64,000 nt of DNA, from NCBI GenBank assembly GCA_963666515.2, contig OY762897.2, positions 3,328,001 to 3,392,000 of the forward strand. Direction: 5' to 3'. Positions 60,343 to 64,000 of the stretch are shown here, piece by piece; the stretch's first letter is position 1; each line of letters starts with the position of its first letter. The DNA is from Candidatus Binatia bacterium. GTDB taxonomy: Bacteria > Desulfobacterota > Binatia > UBA9968 > JAJDTQ01. Made by a program: the position numbers and the translations under genes. The notes beneath the pieces were generated by a model, which was given only the letters and a program-made list of their open reading frames with translations, did no database searches and had not been told where the DNA came from.

Positions 60343-61215
60343 CTATCGCGCCGACAGGAAGCGGCGAATGGCTTCCGCGCAGGCTTCCGGCGCTTCTTCG
60401 GCTATGAAGTGACCGCAGTCCAACTCGGCCTCGGACACGTCGCCGGCCCATCGTTCCCAAATCGGGCGAAGCGGTTTGGGCTTGCGAGGCGATCCTCGCA
60501 CCACCAGGACCGGGCATTGGAGCTTCCTTCCCGCCTGCCGGTCCTGCCGGTCGAGCTCGTAGTCGATGGTTGCTCCGGCCCGGTAGTCTTCCGCCATCGC
60601 CTGCATCACGCTCGGTTTCCGAAACGCGGCCTTGTACGCTTCGACCGCGGCCGGGTCCAACACACCCGGCCGTCCGGCCCACCGGTCCAGCAGATGCAGG
60701 ATGAAGAAGTCCGGGTCCGCGCCCATCAGTCTTTCCGGCAAGGGCGCCGGTTGCGCCAGAAAAGACCAATGATATCGCCTGATGGAGACCGCCATGTCCG
60801 TGGCCTCCCAGGAGTCGAGCGTCGGCACCGTGTCCAGGCTCACGAAATGGCTGACCCGTTCAGGGTGATCGAGCGCAAGCCGATAGCCGACCCGCGCGCC
60901 GCGGTCATGCGAGACGATGCCGAACCTGTCATGCCCGACCTCCGACATGACCTGGACCATGTCCCCGGCCATCTCGCGCTTGGAGTAGCTGACGTGTTCA
61001 GGATCGGGCGCGGGTCCCCGGCTTGCTCCGTAACCCCGGAGATCGGGGATGACCAGCGTAAACGCATCCATCAGCAGCGGCGCCAGCCGGTGCCATTGAA
61101 CATGGGTTTGCGGGAATCCGTGCAACAGCAGAAGCGGTTCGCCCCGGCCGCCGACGCGGCAATGGATGGTGGCGTTCTCGCAACGGATATCGTGTATCGC
61201 GAATCCCTCGAACAT
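60343..61215 (-). CDS. Haloacetate (fluoroacetate) dehalogenase-like alpha/beta hydrolase
   Basis: LLHGFPQT, DLRGYG, YSKR.MA, HDRGARV.YR, YHW.FL, EDYRA, GHFIAEE. Confidence 0.85.
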   Translation of the reverse strand: MFEGFAIHDIRCENATIHCRVGGRGEPLLLLHGFPQTHVQWHRLAPLLMDAFTLVIPDLRGYGASRGPAPDPEHVSYSKREMAGDMVQVMSEVGHDRFGIVSHDRGARVGYRLALDHPERVSHFVSLDTVPTLDSWEATDMAVSIRRYHWSFLAQPAPLPERLMGADPDFFILHLLDRWAGRPGVLDPAAVEAYKAAFRKPSVMQAMAEDYRAGATIDYELDRQDRQAGRKLQCPVLVVRGSPRKPKPLRPIWERWAGDVSEAELDCGHFIAEEAPEACAEAIRRFLSAR

Positions 61216-61417
61216 GGGCATCACCCGCAATAGTCCGTTGCCAGAACGGGACCGAAAATGCAAAACCCTCCATGTAGACACCGTCGGTCGGCGCACGGAG
61301 CCCTCCGTGGACGAATTCCCGGGAGGGTCCCCGAAGCGGTATTTTTGGGCTATATTGAAGGCTCTCCGTCCGGGCCGCGCGCTTGGCAGACGACAACACG
61401 AAGGCAGATCAACTCCC

Positions 61418-62446
61418 ATGAAGAAGCATTCCGCAGTGCTCATCCCCGGAGATGGCATCGGTCCCGAGATCACGGCGTCCGTGCGCCGCATTCTCGAAGC
61501 CGCCGCCGCGCCCGTCGAATGGGTCGAATGCAAAGCCGGCGTGGCCGCCCTGGAGAGCGGTCCCGACGTGCTGCCCGAGTCCACCACCGAAGCCATCGAG
61601 CACCACGGCGTGGCCCTCAAGGGACCATGTACCACGCCCGTGGGCGAGGGCTTCACCTCGGTCAACGTGCAGTTGCGCCAGCGCCTCAACCTCTACGCCG
61701 CGGTGCGTCCGGTGCGCTCCCTGGCCGGAGCGCCGACCCGCTTCCAGGACGTGGACCTCATCATCGTCCGGGAGAACACCGAAGGGCTCTACAGCGGCGT
61801 GGAGAACCAGGTCACCGACGACGTGGTGATGAGCATGAAGGTGGCCACCAAGAGCGCCAGCCTGCGCATCGCCCACTGGGCGTTCCGGTTCGCCACCCGG
61901 CGCCAGCGCCGCAAGATCACCGTCTTCCACAAGGCCAACATCATGAAGGTCACGGACGGACTGTTCCTGCAGTGCGCCCGCCGCATCCACCAGCACGAGT
62001 ACCCGAACATCGAGTACGAGGAGAACATCATCGACGCCGGCTGCATGAAGCTGGTGAAGGACCCCGGCCGCTTCGACGTGCTGCTGCTGGAGAACCTCTA
62101 CGGCGACGTCATCAGCGACCTGTGCGCCGGCTTGGTGGGCGGCCTCGGGGTGGTGCCCGGGGCCAACTTCGGCGAGGAGCGCGCCGTCTTCGAAGCGGTG
62201 CACGGCTCCGCACCGGACATCGCCGGCGCCGGCACGGCCAACCCCCTGGCCATGCTGATGTCCGCTGTGATGATGCTCAACCATCTGGCCGACACGCGCG
62301 AGGACGAGCGCTGCCGCCACGCCGCGGAACGCATCAAGGCGGCCTACGACCAGGCCCTCGACGACGACTGCAAGACCCGGGACCTGGGCGGCAGCCTCGG
62401 CACCGAAGCCTTCGCCGACGCCGTCATCGAGCGGCTGGCCGGCTGA
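61418..62446 (+). CDS. Isocitrate/isopropylmalate dehydrogenase family protein (NAD-IDH-like)
   Basis: IPGDGIGPE, LKGP.TTP.G.GF.SVNV.LR, RENTEG.Y, HKANIMK, NLYGD..SD, EAVHGSAPDIAG. Confidence 0.92.
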   Translation: MKKHSAVLIPGDGIGPEITASVRRILEAAAAPVEWVECKAGVAALESGPDVLPESTTEAIEHHGVALKGPCTTPVGEGFTSVNVQLRQRLNLYAAVRPVRSLAGAPTRFQDVDLIIVRENTEGLYSGVENQVTDDVVMSMKVATKSASLRIAHWAFRFATRRQRRKITVFHKANIMKVTDGLFLQCARRIHQHEYPNIEYEENIIDAGCMKLVKDPGRFDVLLLENLYGDVISDLCAGLVGGLGVVPGANFGEERAVFEAVHGSAPDIAGAGTANPLAMLMSAVMMLNHLADTREDERCRHAAERIKAAYDQALDDDCKTRDLGGSLGTEAFADAVIERLAG

Positions 62447-62499
62447 ACGGTTTCCACCCTTTCCCCTTCCGAAACCCGATCTGCCTGCGACTCCTGCCC

Positions 62500-62527
62500 T
62501 TGACATCGTCTCCCGTCCGGCGATAAT
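62500..62527 (+). promoter_or_regulatory. Putative sigma70 promoter of the transposase
   Basis: TTGACA-N16-GATAAT. Confidence 0.5.
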
Positions 62528-62571
62528 GCCTCACAGGGTCAGACCTTGAACTGTGTCATTCGGGGGGTAAC

Positions 62572-63579
62572 ATGGCACGGCCGCTACGGATCGAATTCCC
62601 GCACGCGCACTACCACGTCACCTGCCGCGGCAATGACCGGCGGCGGATCTTCGGGGATGACGACGACCGGCATGCCTTCCTGGAAAGGCTGCGCAGGTCG
62701 CTGGATATCTACGAGGTTAAGCTGCACTGCTACGTGCTGATGAACAACCACTTCCACCTCGTGGCGGATACTCCCAGGGGCAATCTCTCCGAGTTCATGC
62801 GGCACTTCAACGTAGCCTACACGTCGTATTTCAACCGGCGCCACCGCCGCACGGGCCATCTCTACCAAGGGCGCTTCAAGGCGATCCTGATCCAGCCCGA
62901 TGCCTGGCTGCTGGAGTTGAGCCGGTACGTTCACATGAATCCGGTGCGGACGCCCCGGCTCAGGCGGGGCATGGCCCCGGACCAGGTGCGGCAACTGTGG
63001 CAGTACCCCTGGAGCAGCCTGGGCGGATACGTTTCCGTGCGGCGCCGAAAGCCGTGGGTCCACTATGACGAGGTGTTGTCGCGGACAGGTGATTCCCGGC
63101 AGCAGTACGGCCGGTTCGTCCAGGACGGGTTGGAGCAGGGCGTGACGAGTCCGTGGAAGCAAGTGCGCGGGCAGGTGGTCCTGGGCGATGACCGCTTCTG
63201 GACCGGCGTCAGGGAGCAGTGGGCCGGCGCTGCCGGCAGCGCCGCGGTGCGGGAACTCCCGCTGCCCGCGGCAAGGATGGACCCCGCCCGAATCACCGCG
63301 GAGGCAGCGAGGTACTTCAACCTGGCGCCCGAACGGCTTCGGCGCAAGCGGGGCCGCTGCCGGGACCAGCGGGGTGTATTGATGGAGCTGCTGTACCGCC
63401 ACGGCGGCATGACCCAGCAGGCCATCGGCGCCCACCTCGGCGGCCTGGACTACACCGCGGTGAGTCACGAGCGGCGCCGGGCGCGGGAGCGCATGGCGCA
63501 GAACGAGGTGATGGCAGGGTGGTGGCTCGATCTGGATTCCGCGCTCGGATCCGCTGACCGGCAAAGCGTCAACCGTTAA
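62572..63579 (+). mobile_element. REP-associated tyrosine transposase (RAYT, IS200-like Y1 HUH) with C-terminal HTH
   Basis: MARPLR, YHVTCRGN, YVLMNNHFHL, GHLYQGRFK, YVHMNPV, YPWSS, GGLDYTAVS. Confidence 0.9.
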
Positions 63580-63619
63580 GGGCCTTCCGCCGCCGCAAGG
63601 CGGAGGACCCAGCCGGTAC

Positions 63620-64000
63620 TCACCGCAGGGCCGGCATGACTTCCCGGGCGAAGAGGTCCAGGGACCCCATGGACGCCTCGCGGGAGATGCCGGGGACGGA
63701 GAAGCGGCAGATGAGGTGATCCAGCCCGAGCTCTTGCCGGAAGCGCGAGATCTCCCGGATGCAGGTCTCGGGGTCGCCCAGGATGATGCGGTTGCGGGCG
63801 AGCCGCTCAATGGTCAGCTCCCCGTCGGGCCGCTTGATGACCGGGTGCGGCCAGCGGAAGTACATGTTCTCGTAAGCCTGGATGAAGGAATCCCCCGCCG
63901 ATTCCAGCGCCTGCTCGGTCGTGCCGGCGACGAACACGTAACGGAACGCGGCGATGGCGCCCGGCTCCTTGCCCAGCGCCGCGCGCGCCTGCCGGTATGA
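63620..64000 (-). CDS. LLM class flavin-dependent oxidoreductase, 3' part (runs off the window)
   Basis: IILGDPETC, SLDLFAREVMPAL. Confidence 0.75.
   Translation of the reverse strand, partial: SYRQARAALGKEPGAIAAFRYVFVAGTTEQALESAGDSFIQAYENMYFRWPHPVIKRPDGELTIERLARNRIILGDPETCIREISRFRQELGLDHLICRFSVPGISREASMGSLDLFAREVMPALR

Overview
High-GC bacterial chromosome segment with about 60 CDS. The gene style (many amidohydrolases, cupins, UbiD, TAXI/TTT transporters, type IV pilus genes) suggests a deltaproteobacterial/Binatia-like organism; this is inference only. It is mostly accessory catabolic and transport genes, plus an EndoQ-UvrD fusion, three toxin-antitoxin-type modules, a REP-associated tyrosine transposase and two families of intergenic palindromic repeats. 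No rRNA, tRNA or CRISPR array was seen. Two features are hidden from the ORF track. (1) The darT toxin gene of a darTG locus carries a clean internal inversion (54004-54183, bounded by CTGG/CCAG). It puts the catalytic KQAEFL segment on the opposite strand, and flipping it back restores an intact 217-aa DarT. (2) A DsbA/FrnE-type selenoprotein (57650-58255) has an in-frame UGA in a UPWC motif followed by a bacterial SECIS-like hairpin. All family calls come from motif recognition by eye; no database search was run.
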